Shown here piece by piece: positions 25,314-39,470 of a DNA stretch of 64,000 nt. Below the pieces are notes generated by a model. That model was not told the origin of the DNA and made no database searches. It saw only the letters and a list, made by a program, of their open reading frames with translations. The translations under genes and the position numbers were made by a program. The DNA is from the human T2T-CHM13v2.0 reference genome, Homo sapiens. Position 1 is the stretch's first letter. The number at the start of each line of letters is the position of its first letter. The stretch is taken from assembly GCF_009914755.1 (NCBI RefSeq), contig NC_060936.1. One strand, given 5' to 3'.

Positions 25314-25995
25314 TTAAAAAAAAAAAAAAAAATTCTTGGAATTTAACAATTAAAAGCTTATTCTATTGCACCTACTGAAAACTCAGGAAATCTATGAGGG
25401 AAAGTAAGGTAGGATTTAATTGTTTGTCTACCTCCTTCCCATAAAAACCCTGATGTTTCCATCAAGCTCTACCTGGAAAATTCAGAACTCATTCTAGAAG
25501 TTTGGAAACTTCTTGATTTAAGTGCTTTGTCTCATAAGAAGAGGCACAGCATCCTTCAGAATATAGTTGAAATGGCACTCAAAGGAGCAAAGTAAGGAAA
25601 AAATTTCATCAGCTGTTGAGACTATAGGCAAATGAAAGCTGAAATAACAGGAATATGAAAGGCTGTTTTCTTGCATTGAAGCAGATTGACTGGTAATTGG
25701 ACAAGTGTGGATTTTTTCTGAACCTGTGAGTTGCAGTAGTCATCTGATAGAAGACTGATTGATGAACCGTCAGTCGGTATGCTTACAACCTCCGGAGAGG
25801 ATACGTGTAGTTTGACCATTGGCAACAAAGATGGCGTTACTCTTAAATAAGTTTTGAAGAATTAAATATATATAAAAGTGTTAGCATTTCAAAAGGCTAC
25901 AATAGCACACTATAGTAATATTAATTAAAGCAGACTAGAAGTCCTACAAAATGGCATTTGGACATATTTTTCTAAATTTCCCTGATGTGCTCTGA

Positions 25996-26319
<324 letters not shown>

Positions 26320-26975
26320 TAGGACTACAGATGCATGCATGCCAGCATGCCCAGCTACTTTTTAAATTTTTTATAGAAATGGGGACTAGCTGTGTTGCCC
26401 AGGCAGGTCTCAAGCTCCTGGCCTCAGGCGATACTCCTATCTTGGCCTCCCAAAGTGCTGGGATTACAGGTGTGAGCCACTGCAGCCAGCCAGAATCTTT
26501 AGTTGTGAAGTTCTGAATAGGCCTTAAGTACTAATTCTTGTGACAATAACTTCCTTTTCTTTGCACTTATATTTGTACAATATAACCCCAGTCCCCACAT
26601 TTGCCATTAGTGCACATGAAGAAACTGAACTCCACTTGTAATTTTATTGGTGACTTACATGTGGATTATTCTCAAAGTTGGCATGAGACAAAGCAATTCC
26701 AAGCAATTGGTCACTTTCTTTTATGGTCCAATATTGGCTGTGTTCAGTCTGAAGGAGAACTTCAGGTTGTTTAATTGTTCATGAGATACCATTTCTGTAA
26801 GAATTGGCACTTACATAGGCTCTGCTCTTGAGTTTACTTTTTAGGAGAAAGTTGATACCATTAGAGAAAATATGTTAAGTAATAATCATACTTGTCAGGT
26901 TATCTAGACTTCTGGGCTTTACCTATATTTAACTGGATCTTACCTCTTCTGGTCTTTCTTTGGCCATGGTGAAAT

Positions 26976-27935
26976 TGTTACGGATCTTTGGAGTGTCACT
27001 TTTCTGGCCAGAAACCTCTGTGGCCAGTGATGCCTTTGCCTGAGTTCTTGTCCTGCATCCAGGAAGAATGACATATACAAAGAAGTGGAAGGTGAACAAG
27101 ATGAAAGAGGAGCTTTATTGAGTGTTACAACAGCTCAGCGGAGACCCGCAGTGGGTACCTCCTCTCTGTAGGCAGGTCGTCTCCTACAGAGTATTCAGCT
27201 CTCAGCAGAGAGGAGGCCCTGTAGAGGATGGTTTGCCAGCAGGTCGTCCCATTGTCTCTGCAGCTCTCAGCAGAGAAGGTGGCTCCTCTCTGCAGCAGGT
27301 TGTCCCTGTCCTCTCTCCATCCCCTGCCCAGCTCTGGCTGAGCCTGGGGCTTTTGTCGACCTTAGAGGGGAGAAAGTGCGTGCCAGTTGGTCCGTGGGTG
27401 GCCATGGGCGGGCCTGGAAAAGGCACCACAAGTCACTACCCGAGTATGCTGGACTAGCAGCCTGGCCCCCAGCCTTCAGAAGGTCCTCCCTGGCCTGACA
27501 GTGGGGCCTAACCAGGGACCCACCCCCTTCTGCCCAAGAATCTGCCTGCCTCCTGCTGCCATTCATAGCACCCTGGCTCAGCCAACTTTGCTGAGACTGG
27601 AGCAGGTGCCGACAACAGGGAGAAGCCAGACAAGCAGGAGCAGGCACTTCCTAGCCTGTGAGGGCAGGGAGGCCTTCCTGTGGCCTCAAGAGTACACGGA
27701 TGCCTGAGTGTGCAGCTATGGTTTGGACAGCTACAGCTGGGAGATGGGGGGCTCCTGCCTGCTTCATGGAGCGGGAGGCCTGAGTCTACAGCCACAGTTT
27801 TGGCAGTGGCACCTGGGGAGTTCCTGCCCCAACTCAGAAGGGGTAGGGCTCCTGCTCCCCCTGCCACCCACTTTCAGGCTCCACTGAGTGTGTATCCCTG
27901 CTGGCCTGGTGGTGCCTCCCTGCTGCAGCCAGTAT
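26976..27935 (-). mobile_element. MER52-family LTR, partial (ERV1)
   Basis: GC-rich; begins tgttacggatctttggagtgtcacttttctggcc; minus-strand AATAAA at ~27114. Confidence 0.75.
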
Positions 27936-29628
27936 GATGTGAATAATGTTAGTACTCAACTTACTTTATGTATGTGTAAGGAATATCAGTAGATTATAGC
28001 AAGAATCTGAGATCCTTAGAAGAAAGGCTATATATCAAGGTACTGTTAAAATAATGGCAACTTGAGAACTAGTATATTTGGTGAGTTACACAGCACTAAT
28101 GTAAAGCATAAAACCTGGACTGCCTTTTTGATTCTACAGTAGGATTTACTGTGTGACTTTGGGCAAGGAGTAGTACCGTGACTGATTTTCTCATCACTAT
28201 GAGATTAAGAGAGGATATTCTGGGAGGGATTATAATTCCATTTTTCTCCTTGCTTGTCAGAGGGAATAATTTGCCATTATGTTAACAAAAGAAAGATATA
28301 AGCAATCCAAAACTGTTAAGTTTTTGGTTGTTGAATTCAGATACAAATTCAGTAACCCCCATGAGAATCCTTAGACTTACTCCATACCTGGGTTCCACCC
28401 CCTCTACACTTGTCTCTATGGTGAGCAGCCTAGAATTTGGGCATAGGCTTTTCCATGATGGAGATAATCTGCTCATGGATAATTGTATCAAATTCACTTC
28501 AGTACCTCTAAGAGCCTTACTGTGTGTTCATATTAGCTCTGCCATACCTCTTTAGATAGCACCCAAGGTGGTAGAGCTTTTAATAATTTTCACTCCATAA
28601 TAATGTTATTGTGGAGGTCTAGCATATGTATTTAGTATTGTACAGTTAGATAAATTAATGCATTGTTGTTATATTGAGATGATTATTCTTTTTTTTTAAT
28701 CAGTCTCTTGCACTAGACAGTAAAACTCTAAGAGGGCAGGAAACGTTTCTTGTTCACCGTTGTATCCTAGTGTATCTCAACGCCTACAGCAGTACATGGA
28801 TGTACAAAACACCTCTTAGAGACCTTGGTGACATTTCTTTTGTGTGTATACCAAGAAGCAGAATTGCTGCATCATGTGGTAGTTCTATGTTTTATCTTTT
28901 AAGGAACCAACATGTGGTTTTTATTGGGGCTGTACCATTTTACATTTCCACTAGCAGTGCCCCAGAATTCCAGTTTTTCCACATTCTTGCCACACTTGTT
29001 GTTTTCTGTTTTTTTTTTTTAATAAATAAATATGCACCCTGGGTATAAATATAATCAGAACTTTAAACAAAATTAATTCTAAAACACTTAGTACAGTATG
29101 ATCTTCAGGTTAAATTATAAATTAACAGCAGAATGAGACTGTGTTTTAAAGCTTGTCAAGACACCTGTTCAAGGTTGATTTAATACATGGAATAATCAGG
29201 CTCAGCTATTTCTATGTCATTCTCAGTGCCTAAAAACAACTTTTACCTAATTTTTGAAGCCAGCAAAAACAATAATAACAAAACCTGTAGTATTTACAAA
29301 TATGTCATTTGTACTGTAAATAACATACTTTTTCTCAAATATACCTGAATGTGTGCTATTTGAAATAATTCCAACCAGCCTGACCAACATGGTGAAACCC
29401 TGTCTCTACTAAAAATACAAAAATTAGCCAGGCGTGGTAGCGCGTGCCTGTAATCCCAGCTACTGGGAATGCTGAGGCAGAAGAATGGCTTGAACCCGGG
29501 AAGCGGAGGTTGTAGTGAGCCAAGATCACAGCACTGTACTCCCCGCCTGGGCAACAGAGCGAGACTCCGTCTCCAGAAAAAAAAGAAAGAAATAATTCCA
29601 AAAAAACTTCTGAAATGGTTCCTGATAG

Positions 29629-29955
<327 letters not shown>

Positions 29956-30424
29956 TGAGCCACTGCATCTGGCCTAGGCATCCTCATATTCTTTATGAAT
30001 CTTGCCTGAGAATTTTTTTTTTACCTGAACACCCAGGATTAGAGAATATTTAGCAGCACTTTTTCCTTAAAAATGTGTTTCTGATAGAATACATGCTCTC
30101 TTATCACAGCTAAATATTAATAAAAAGATGAAATCCTGCCTTATTTCTTACCAATAGAATTAGGTAAATCTTAAGCTTTCTTTTCATGAAAAAATAAGTT
30201 TAAAAATCACTAAGTATTGATGGGAATTAAAAATTACTTTCTGTATAATACTAAGAGACATTTAGGTGCCAGTTGATTAAAGTAAGGTTTTGAATCTACT
30301 TGAGGTGTTGGTTTAAGTTTAAAAAGGCAGTATCAGCTAGTGAGTAGACAAATTAAGATGTTAGATTATTGCTTTATCTTTTTGGTGACCTCATGTCATA
30401 GAATATAAATGCAAAATTGTCATT

Positions 30425-30896
30425 TGTGCCCTCCTGACCTATGTAGACCATCTCAGTGCCTCCCATGCCCTCTGGCTTACTTAAGTTTGGCCATTGGGCA
30501 GCATTGGCAGGAGATTCCGAGGAAGGGAGGAGAGTAAGGTAGGGGACTTTTATTCCTCTAATCTTTCTCTGAGGGGTAGCTGTGGGCTGAGTGTGTCCTT
30601 TGGCCAAAGGTCACAGCAACTGTCTGATGGCGCTTTCTATACCAGATGAAACAAAAATAAAAGGGCCCTTTCTGTCTTTGGCTCCTGTAACTGCTTCCTC
30701 CTCACACTCAAGTCTCAAGTAGCAGTGCACATTGCTTAAAAGCCAGCAAAAACAGTAACAAGAGGTACAGCCCTATCTTGGGTGGTTTCCCTACTCTTTG
30801 CTAACACCTTTGAAAATACTCCTATTATTAAACTCTATTAAGATTGCCCAATTTGAGTATGCCATTCGCTTCCTCTTTGGGATCTTGACTGAAATA
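30425..30896 (+). mobile_element. LTR33-like ancient ERVL LTR
   Basis: 3' end cacctttgaaaatactcctattattaaactc...cccaatttgagtatgccatt...tgactgaaata resembles the recalled LTR33 consensus. Confidence 0.6.
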
Positions 30897-30980
30897 GCTG
30901 CTTTATATATTTTTAATCATTATCCTAACAGTATTCCAGATAAACCCTAATTATACTAATTTATTTTGGCCAATAATTGA

Positions 30981-31343
<363 letters not shown>

Positions 31344-32801
31344 TAAAGGAAAAAAAAAAAAAAAACAGAGCTAGATAAGAGGCTAGTAATAGAACCCAAA
31401 ATGCTGTTTTGTGTTCCCTCTTTTCCCTAAAAGAGATTGGTGGTTTGATTCACTAATAAGTGGATTATTGATGTCCTTCATATCATTCCCACTGCTCATT
31501 AATACCTCTTTGGGGGAGGATACATTAAAACATTCGAGTTATATCATTTGGCTGATCTATAGGAATTCTGAGAAGGTTCTAAATAGTGCTTTGGTTCTAT
31601 AAGATCTTCGTTTTTGTAGACTGTGTCTCTTTTCAATTAATAAAGATAATTGGGAGTTAACCATATTATATAGTCATCTAGAAAACTGAAGCTTAAATAC
31701 TGTTTGTATAAGTGTTACCCGATTTTTCATTTGAGTAGCAGTCTAGAAATGGCCGGTATTAACAAAAGTTAAATCTAAATTAATTCAAGGTTCAAGATTA
31801 AGCCATGAAAGAATCTTTAATTGAAACATATCTGTAATAACAGCAAAATAATTTGGAAAGTGTACTAGAGTATTACCGTGGTTTTTTTGTACCCCTTTTC
31901 TTAACATTTTTCCTTTTACTTGCCTTGTTGAAATTCTAACTCCTAAGCTACTTCCAAGTACAGTGCAGAGATCAGTAATATTGTTATCACCTGGGAGTAA
32001 AAATCTGCCACAGGCCAGACTGCTGAATCACAACCTACATTTTAGCATAAGATTCCCTAGGTGGTAAGTATGCACATCAGAATTTGAAAAGCACTCTAAC
32101 CATTTCCTGAGATTTTATCTTATTGGGTTAAAACAAAGCTATTGAGTGTTAAAGCTGAAGTAATTTATTGATCACATAGGGGTAAAGAAACTGATTAAAT
32201 TTGCACATAGCCTTTTTCTTTGTAAGTACAGAGAAACCAGAATCTTTTTTTGTAATCAATCATATTGAACTGTTTTTCCATAACCTACAACTTGGATGCC
32301 TTGCGTCATCAAGCATTATATTAGGGACACACACATGAATGTATTCACGGGTTTATAGTCTACAAACATAACATGTATGGTTCTGGCTAGAAGAGGAAAT
32401 AACTGTGTGTTGTTAATGCTACAGAAGCTCCCATCCCACTCACATTTTCAGATTCTTTAGTGTTAAATTTTACCATGGGGAGCTATTTACTTGTGACATT
32501 TTTAGAAGGCCTTAAGGTGGGATAATTAACAACGATATCAAGGATTACAGGACAGTCTAATATGGTTGATGTATTTAGTGTTTACCTCAAGCTGTGACAG
32601 TTTTTATTAAAATTAAATTTCTGTATTATAAGTTTAATTCAAAAGGCAGTTATATGTTATCTATGTAACAGAATTTGCCAAATAGCAACTAAGTTGCTGT
32701 TAATTGTTTTATGGGACGAAAGCAGCCAGTCTTGGCCCTTCTGTCTTAGGGATGGATTATATTTGGATCATGTTGAATATATTTTTCCCTTATTCTTTCA
32801 G

Positions 32802-32881
32802 ATTCATCAGGATTCATTTTTGATTTGCAGTCCAATACCGTACTGGCCCAGGGAGGAGCTTTTGAGAACATGAAAGAGAAG
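32802..32881 (+). CDS. SPATS2: SPATS2 coding exon 2 (DSSGFIFDLQSNTVLAQGGAFENMKEK)
   Basis: Acceptor ttattctttcAG, donor AAG|gtaag; 80 nt, cumulative 105. Confidence 0.95.
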
Positions 32882-33573
32882 GTAAGACTAGTCACTATGG
32901 ATAGTAAACTTAAATGTCATAGGAAAATTTAGGTACTAATACGACTAGTGGCTACCACAAACTCATTATGAGACTGAAATTTTAAGAATAAAACAATGCC
33001 ACTATATATCAGAGAGTGACGGCCATAAATAGGTTCTGATTGCGCAGAACCTATTAACAGAACCTATTAAATGCAAACATTTTCTTTGCCTATCTCCATG
33101 TATATTCATTCTAAATTCTTTTGAAGATATTCAGTATTAATTAGTTGATTAATATTTATGTGGCTGAGTGTATCTCACTTGGCAACATTCCTTAAGGAAC
33201 AATCGAATAGGATCTTCCCAAGTACTTGAAGAGCATTCTTAAGTCCAGGAGCCTTCAGAGCCAAGACAAGAAATAGGTCTTTTTTTTTTTTTTTTTTGAG
33301 ACGGAGTCTCGCACTGTCACCCAGGCTGGAGTGCAGTGGCCGATCTGGGCTCACTGCAAGCTCTGCCTTCCGGGTTCGCGCCATTCTCCTGCCTCAGCCT
33401 CTCCAAGTAGCTGGGACTACAGGCGCCCACCACCATGCCCGGCTAATTTTTTGTATTTTTAGTAGAGACAGGGTTTCGCCGTGGCCTCGATCTCCTGACC
33501 TCGTAATCTGCCCACCTGGGCCTCCCAAAGTGCTGGGATTACAAGCGTGAGCCACCATGCCCGGCCGAAATAG

Positions 33574-33702
<129 letters not shown>

Positions 33703-35834
33703 TAGCTGGGATTACAGGCGTGCATCATCACGCCCAGCTAATTTTTGTATTTGTAGTGGAGACAGGGTTTCTCCCTGTTGGCCAGGGTGATCGCAAACTC
33801 CTGGCCTCAAGTGATCCACCCGCCTCAGCCTCCCAGAGTGCTAGGATAGTCACCACACCTGGCCAGAAGTAGATCTAAGGAGCATTCTTTTGGAAGAAAA
33901 CCAAGTGGTTTTAGTAATGAAACCGTCAACGAGCTGTACTGAGAAAAACATAAAAGCTTTATGGGCTCTCTTTTTTTTTTTTTTTTTTTTGAGACAGAGT
34001 CTTACTCTGTCACCCAGGCTGGAGTGCAGTGACGCAGTCTCGGCTCCCTTTAGCCTCCACCTCCTGGGTTCAAGTGATTCTCATCCCCCAGCCTCCTGAG
34101 TAGCTGGAATTACAGGCATCTGCCACCATGCCTGGCTAATTTTTATATTTTTAGTAGAGACAGGTTTTGTCATGTTGGCCAGGCTGGTCTCAAACTCCTG
34201 ACCTCAGGCGATCTGCCTGCCTTGGCCTCCCAAAGTGCTGGGATTATAGGCGTGAGCCACTGCACCTGGCCTCTCTGTCTTATTTAAAAAAAAATTGTTG
34301 ACTATGGAGTCCTGTACAGTGGTTGAGTACTATAAATACTTGTATTTTAAGTTATCAGAATCTTACCTTTATCGTAGAGTCTGTAAGTTTGGTGCCTTTT
34401 GTTGTTGTTGTTGTTGTTTTGTTTTCTGTTGTTGTGAGATGGAATTTCACTCTGTCGTCCAGGCTGGAGTGCAGTGGCGTGATCTCAGCTCACTGCACAC
34501 CTCCGCCTCCCGGGTTCAAGTGATTCTCCTGCCTCAACCTCCCATGTAGCTGGGGATACAGGTGCGTGCCACCATGCCTGGCTAAGTTTTTATATTTTTA
34601 GTAGAGAGGGTGTCACCATGTTAGCCAGGATGGTCTCAATCTCCTGCGTGATCCACCCACCTCGGCCTCCCAAAGTGCTGGGATTACAGGCATGAGCCAC
34701 CGCATCCAGCAGAGTCTGTAATTTTTACCTAAACTTCCATTTTTTAGGGATCATTGCTGTGATTGATACATACTAAGTTGCTCATCTCAAAAATGTATTA
34801 ACCTTCGTTGAATTACAGACTGTATACCTTCTCACTTGTATGGTTTTTTTATTTTTTGAAACAGAGTCTCCCTCTGTTGCCCAGGCTGGAGGCTGAGGCA
34901 GGAGAGTGGCGTGAACCTGGGAGGCAGAGCTTGCAGTGAGCCGAGATTGTGCCACTGCACTCCAGCTTAGGCGACAGAGCGAGACTCCGTCAAAAAAAAA
35001 AAAAAGAAAAAAAAGAGAGAGAAACCAGTATCTAGGAGCTAGGTGTGCTTATTGCTATTGAGGAGTCATTGTTTTTAGACTTTTTCGTGGATGAAACTAG
35101 GAGATTTTTTTTGTTAAAAAATGAGTTCACATTGACATCTTCAATTCAAATATACTATTAAAAGATCTTTTCTCATCTTATTTTAAACATGTATTTCTTC
35201 TCTCTTAACCAAATTTTTAGTTCCTAAAAACATTATTCACTGATTTGTTTTATTTTTATAATACTCATAAAATAATAAGAACCCTACAGTATAATATTAC
35301 TACTATGTTACTAATGATAAAACCATTGAATAAAATTTAAGATTTGCAATTCTTTTACCCTTTAAATGTATCTCTCTAAACCCACACAGTAAGAATATTG
35401 TGTTCAAAAGTCAGTGGGGCCAGGCGCGATGGCTCATGCTTGTAATCCCAGCACTTTGGGAGGCCGAGGCAGGCAGATCACTTGAGTGAGGTCAGGAGTT
35501 CGAGACCAGCCTGTCCAACATGGTGAAACCCTATCTGTACTAAAAATACAAAAATTAGCCAGGCATGGTGGTGCACGTCTCTAATCCCAGCTACCTGGGA
35601 GACTGTGACAGAATTGCTTGAACCTGGGAGGCAGAGGTTGCAGTGAGCCAAGATCTCACCACTATACTCCAACCTTGACAGAGTGAGACTCCGCCTCCAA
35701 AAAATTAAAAAACGGTCAGTGGGAAGATTTATTCTAGTTCACCCTTTCCCTGAAGGTGCAATATTTTTAAAAGGGCAAGCTTACATAAGATCTCAGTTCC
35801 AATCTTTTTGTTTGGGTTTTTTGGTTTTGTTTGA

Positions 35835-36020
<186 letters not shown>

Positions 36021-36276
36021 TGATCTCAAACTCCTGAGATCAAAGGATCCTCCCACCTCAGCCTCCCAAAAGTGCTGGCATTACTGGGCTTAATGGCACT
36101 ATGTGGTAAAACCCATGTGTTATTGAGACTGGCAAAACATGCCACAGTTACCTATTAATAGTTCAAGCTCACTATTCTGGGTTTTAGTTCCCTCTAGGGA
36201 TTTCCCTTACTTCTTATGTTCAGCTATACATTTAAAATGATGTATATTATTTTTCATCCTGTATTTTTTTTTTTGA

Positions 36277-36381
<105 letters not shown>

Positions 36382-36764
36382 TGAGTATCTGGGATTACAG
36401 GCATGCGTCACTGTGCCCAACTAATTTTTGTATTTTCAGTAGAGACGGCGTTTTTCCATGTTGGTCAGGCTGGTCTCGAACTCCTGACCTCGTGATCCGC
36501 CTGCCTCAGCCTCCTAAAGTGCTGGGATTACAGGTGCTAGCCACCATGCCCAGCCATATATTTTTAGTCTCAAAAAATATGAAATACAGGCCAGGTGCGG
36601 TAGCTCAAAGCCTGTAATCCCAGCACTTTGGGAGGTGGAGGCAGGCAGATCACTTGAGGCCAAGAGTTCAAGACCAGCCTGGCCAACATAGCAAAACCCC
36701 ATCTCTACTAAAATACAAAAATTAGCTGGACGTGGTGGCACATGCCTGTAATCCTGACTACTCA

Positions 36765-36866
<102 letters not shown>

Positions 36867-37677
36867 TCAAAATAAATAAATAAGAGATGCATTTATCAAC
36901 ATAGAAAAAATCTAAAACAATAATGCTATGTGAAAAAAACAAATTGAAGATAAATATATATGATATAATATTTATGTATTTATGTAGTGCAAAATAATAG
37001 TGTATATTACCTATGGATATATGCACATATCATAAAAATGCAAAAGCACGTATGGAAATAATACCAAGTTCAGGGTAGAAATCTCTAGCGAGACGAAGAA
37101 GGGAAATAGGACTTATTAGGTGTTCATGGGGGCTTCAATTATATTTATTTTGTTTTAATAAACTCAGTGGCATGCAATGGGTGTCATTATGTTTTATATG
37201 CCTAACATAGTTTATAATTTAAATTGTTTGTATAAATTATCTTTATTTTACAGTTAAATGATACAAGGTAAAATATGTTTCAAAAAATCTTACATAAAAA
37301 TCTAAGTTGTTATTGTTGCTAGTTCATTTACCTTTCCACCTTTCTTTACAGTATGCTAAAAATGAGGGAATATTGATGCCACATTAATACCTGATACCGA
37401 AATTAAACCACCTTTTCTTTATATGAAATCTAGCATATAACTTCTATTTCTAGCAATGTTCTGCATTTCTAAGTTTTGAAATTAATTTTTCACATGCTGT
37501 TATCACTCATCTATTAATCATTCCCAGTGAGATGCTTGTATGTACTGTCACTGACACTAAAGAGTGATACATATTGTTAAAAATGAAATATCACTCTTTT
37601 CATTATTCTCTGTATAGGCCTCAGCTGCCTAGTGACCTACTAATGTTAGAATTAAATGACCCTGTCATCTTTTCCAG

Positions 37678-37786
37678 ATAAATGCGGTACGTGCAATAGT
37701 TCCTAATAAGAGCAACAATGAAATTATCCTGGTTTTGCAGCACTTTGATAACTGTGTGGACAAAACAGTACAAGCATTCATGGAAG
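37678..37786 (+). CDS. SPATS2: SPATS2 coding exon 3 (INAVRAIVPNKSNNEIILVLQHFDNCVDKTVQAFME), conserved N-terminal UBA-like region
   Basis: Acceptor tcttttccAG, donor AAG|gtaat; 109 nt, cumulative 214; motif shared with the paralog SPATS2L. Confidence 0.96.
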
Positions 37787-38894
37787 GTAATCCTGACTTA
37801 GTTTTAAAAATAAATTTATATTTGCTCAAATAGAATTTGCTTCAGACTTTTATAACATTCAGCAATCCAGTGATTCATAGATGATAGAGCAGACCCCATG
37901 AAAACATAACATACCATGACATTTGACGATACCTCTTTCAGCTGAAATAAGCTATGTGGTGTCTATAATAAGAGATAAGCTGAGAAAACTCCATTGTTTC
38001 ACGCTAAATGTTCTCTAATGGTATTTAAGAGGAAATCATGTGGCCAGTGGTATAAGGGACTTGATTGGACTTGGGTTGAATAAGAATTTAAGAGACTCTT
38101 AATAACAAAGCAGTGATTCAGTGGCTCACCAACAGATGGCAAATTCAAGGACTCAGTATTGTCTTCCGGATTCTAATATCGTTAGTTTGGCTGTGGCAAG
38201 TGACTCAAATGTGTGGGTTTGAATTTCCTTATCTAATACGTAGAAGAATGGCAGGCTTAGTCAACCCTTCAGATTTATAACATTGAGAAGTGTTTTATGA
38301 ACCTTCCTTCCATGTAACCTGTCGGAGAAAAACTATCTGAAGCTATTGCGTCTTTGAATAGCAACATGAGGTTAGGTCTCCCTGTTTTTATTTTCCTGAA
38401 TCTGCCAACATAGGATGCACAAGTTTGAATGTTGTAAAGTTTTTCTTTATCTTCATCTTTTTAAAAAATAATGTTAGTGTTTTGGTCTAGGGTAATGTGC
38501 AGCTGTCTCCAAAACAACATAGCCAAGGTGGGTGTGTAACTGGAGGGGAAAGGATGGCACACTTGGCTAAAACCAGTGTGCCATCCCCTTTGTATTTGGT
38601 CTAAGATGTATGGATAAGAGAATCTTCAAAATGGCCCAGCTACATTAGTCTCTTCTTAGAAGAACTTACTGAGGAAATTACTCGGAGAGGAGGGGTCTAA
38701 GTAGGCAGGTATTCCAAAAGGGAAGCATGGCATGATTATCTCATTACATTACTTTAGACCTGATCCTTAACTTTAACTTTTCTGTTAGGAGCTTTGTAAA
38801 TTCTCCAGCAATTACAAAATGGGAGGACACTGACTCCTGCTTGACTACTGTGTGTGTGGTAGGAGACAAAATCTGTAATTGGTTTCTCTTACAG

Positions 38895-38944
38895 GTAGTG
38901 CCAGTGAAGTACTCAAAGAATGGACAGTAACAGGCAAGAAAAAG
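38895..38944 (+). CDS. SPATS2: SPATS2 coding exon 4 (GSASEVLKEWTVTGKKK)
   Basis: Acceptor ttctcttacAG, donor AAG|gtaaaa; 50 nt, cumulative 264. Confidence 0.95.
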
Positions 38945-39113
38945 GTAAAATGAATTACATTTAAAAGCATGATGATGTGTATATTATTTTTAAAAATTTA
39001 GGCTCTGCAAAAATATTTGAAAGAAAAGGTTCACATACATATCTTCTGTTTACCTGGTTAAAAAACATCTTTGGCCAGGTGCAGGGGCTCACACCTGTAA
39101 TCCCAGCACTTTA

Positions 39114-39470
<357 letters not shown>

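Noticed and set aside
27122-27937. Overlapping GC-rich ORFs and CpG-island-like look
   Set aside because: Explained by the MER52 LTR.
29008-29372. Possible retrocopied 3'UTR next to a T-run
   Set aside because: No correctly placed minus-strand polyA signal, no TSD and no recognisable parent gene.
32802-32810. Second AG 9 nt into exon 2 (would delete DSS in frame)
   Set aside because: No evidence of use; the first AG follows the pyrimidine tract directly.
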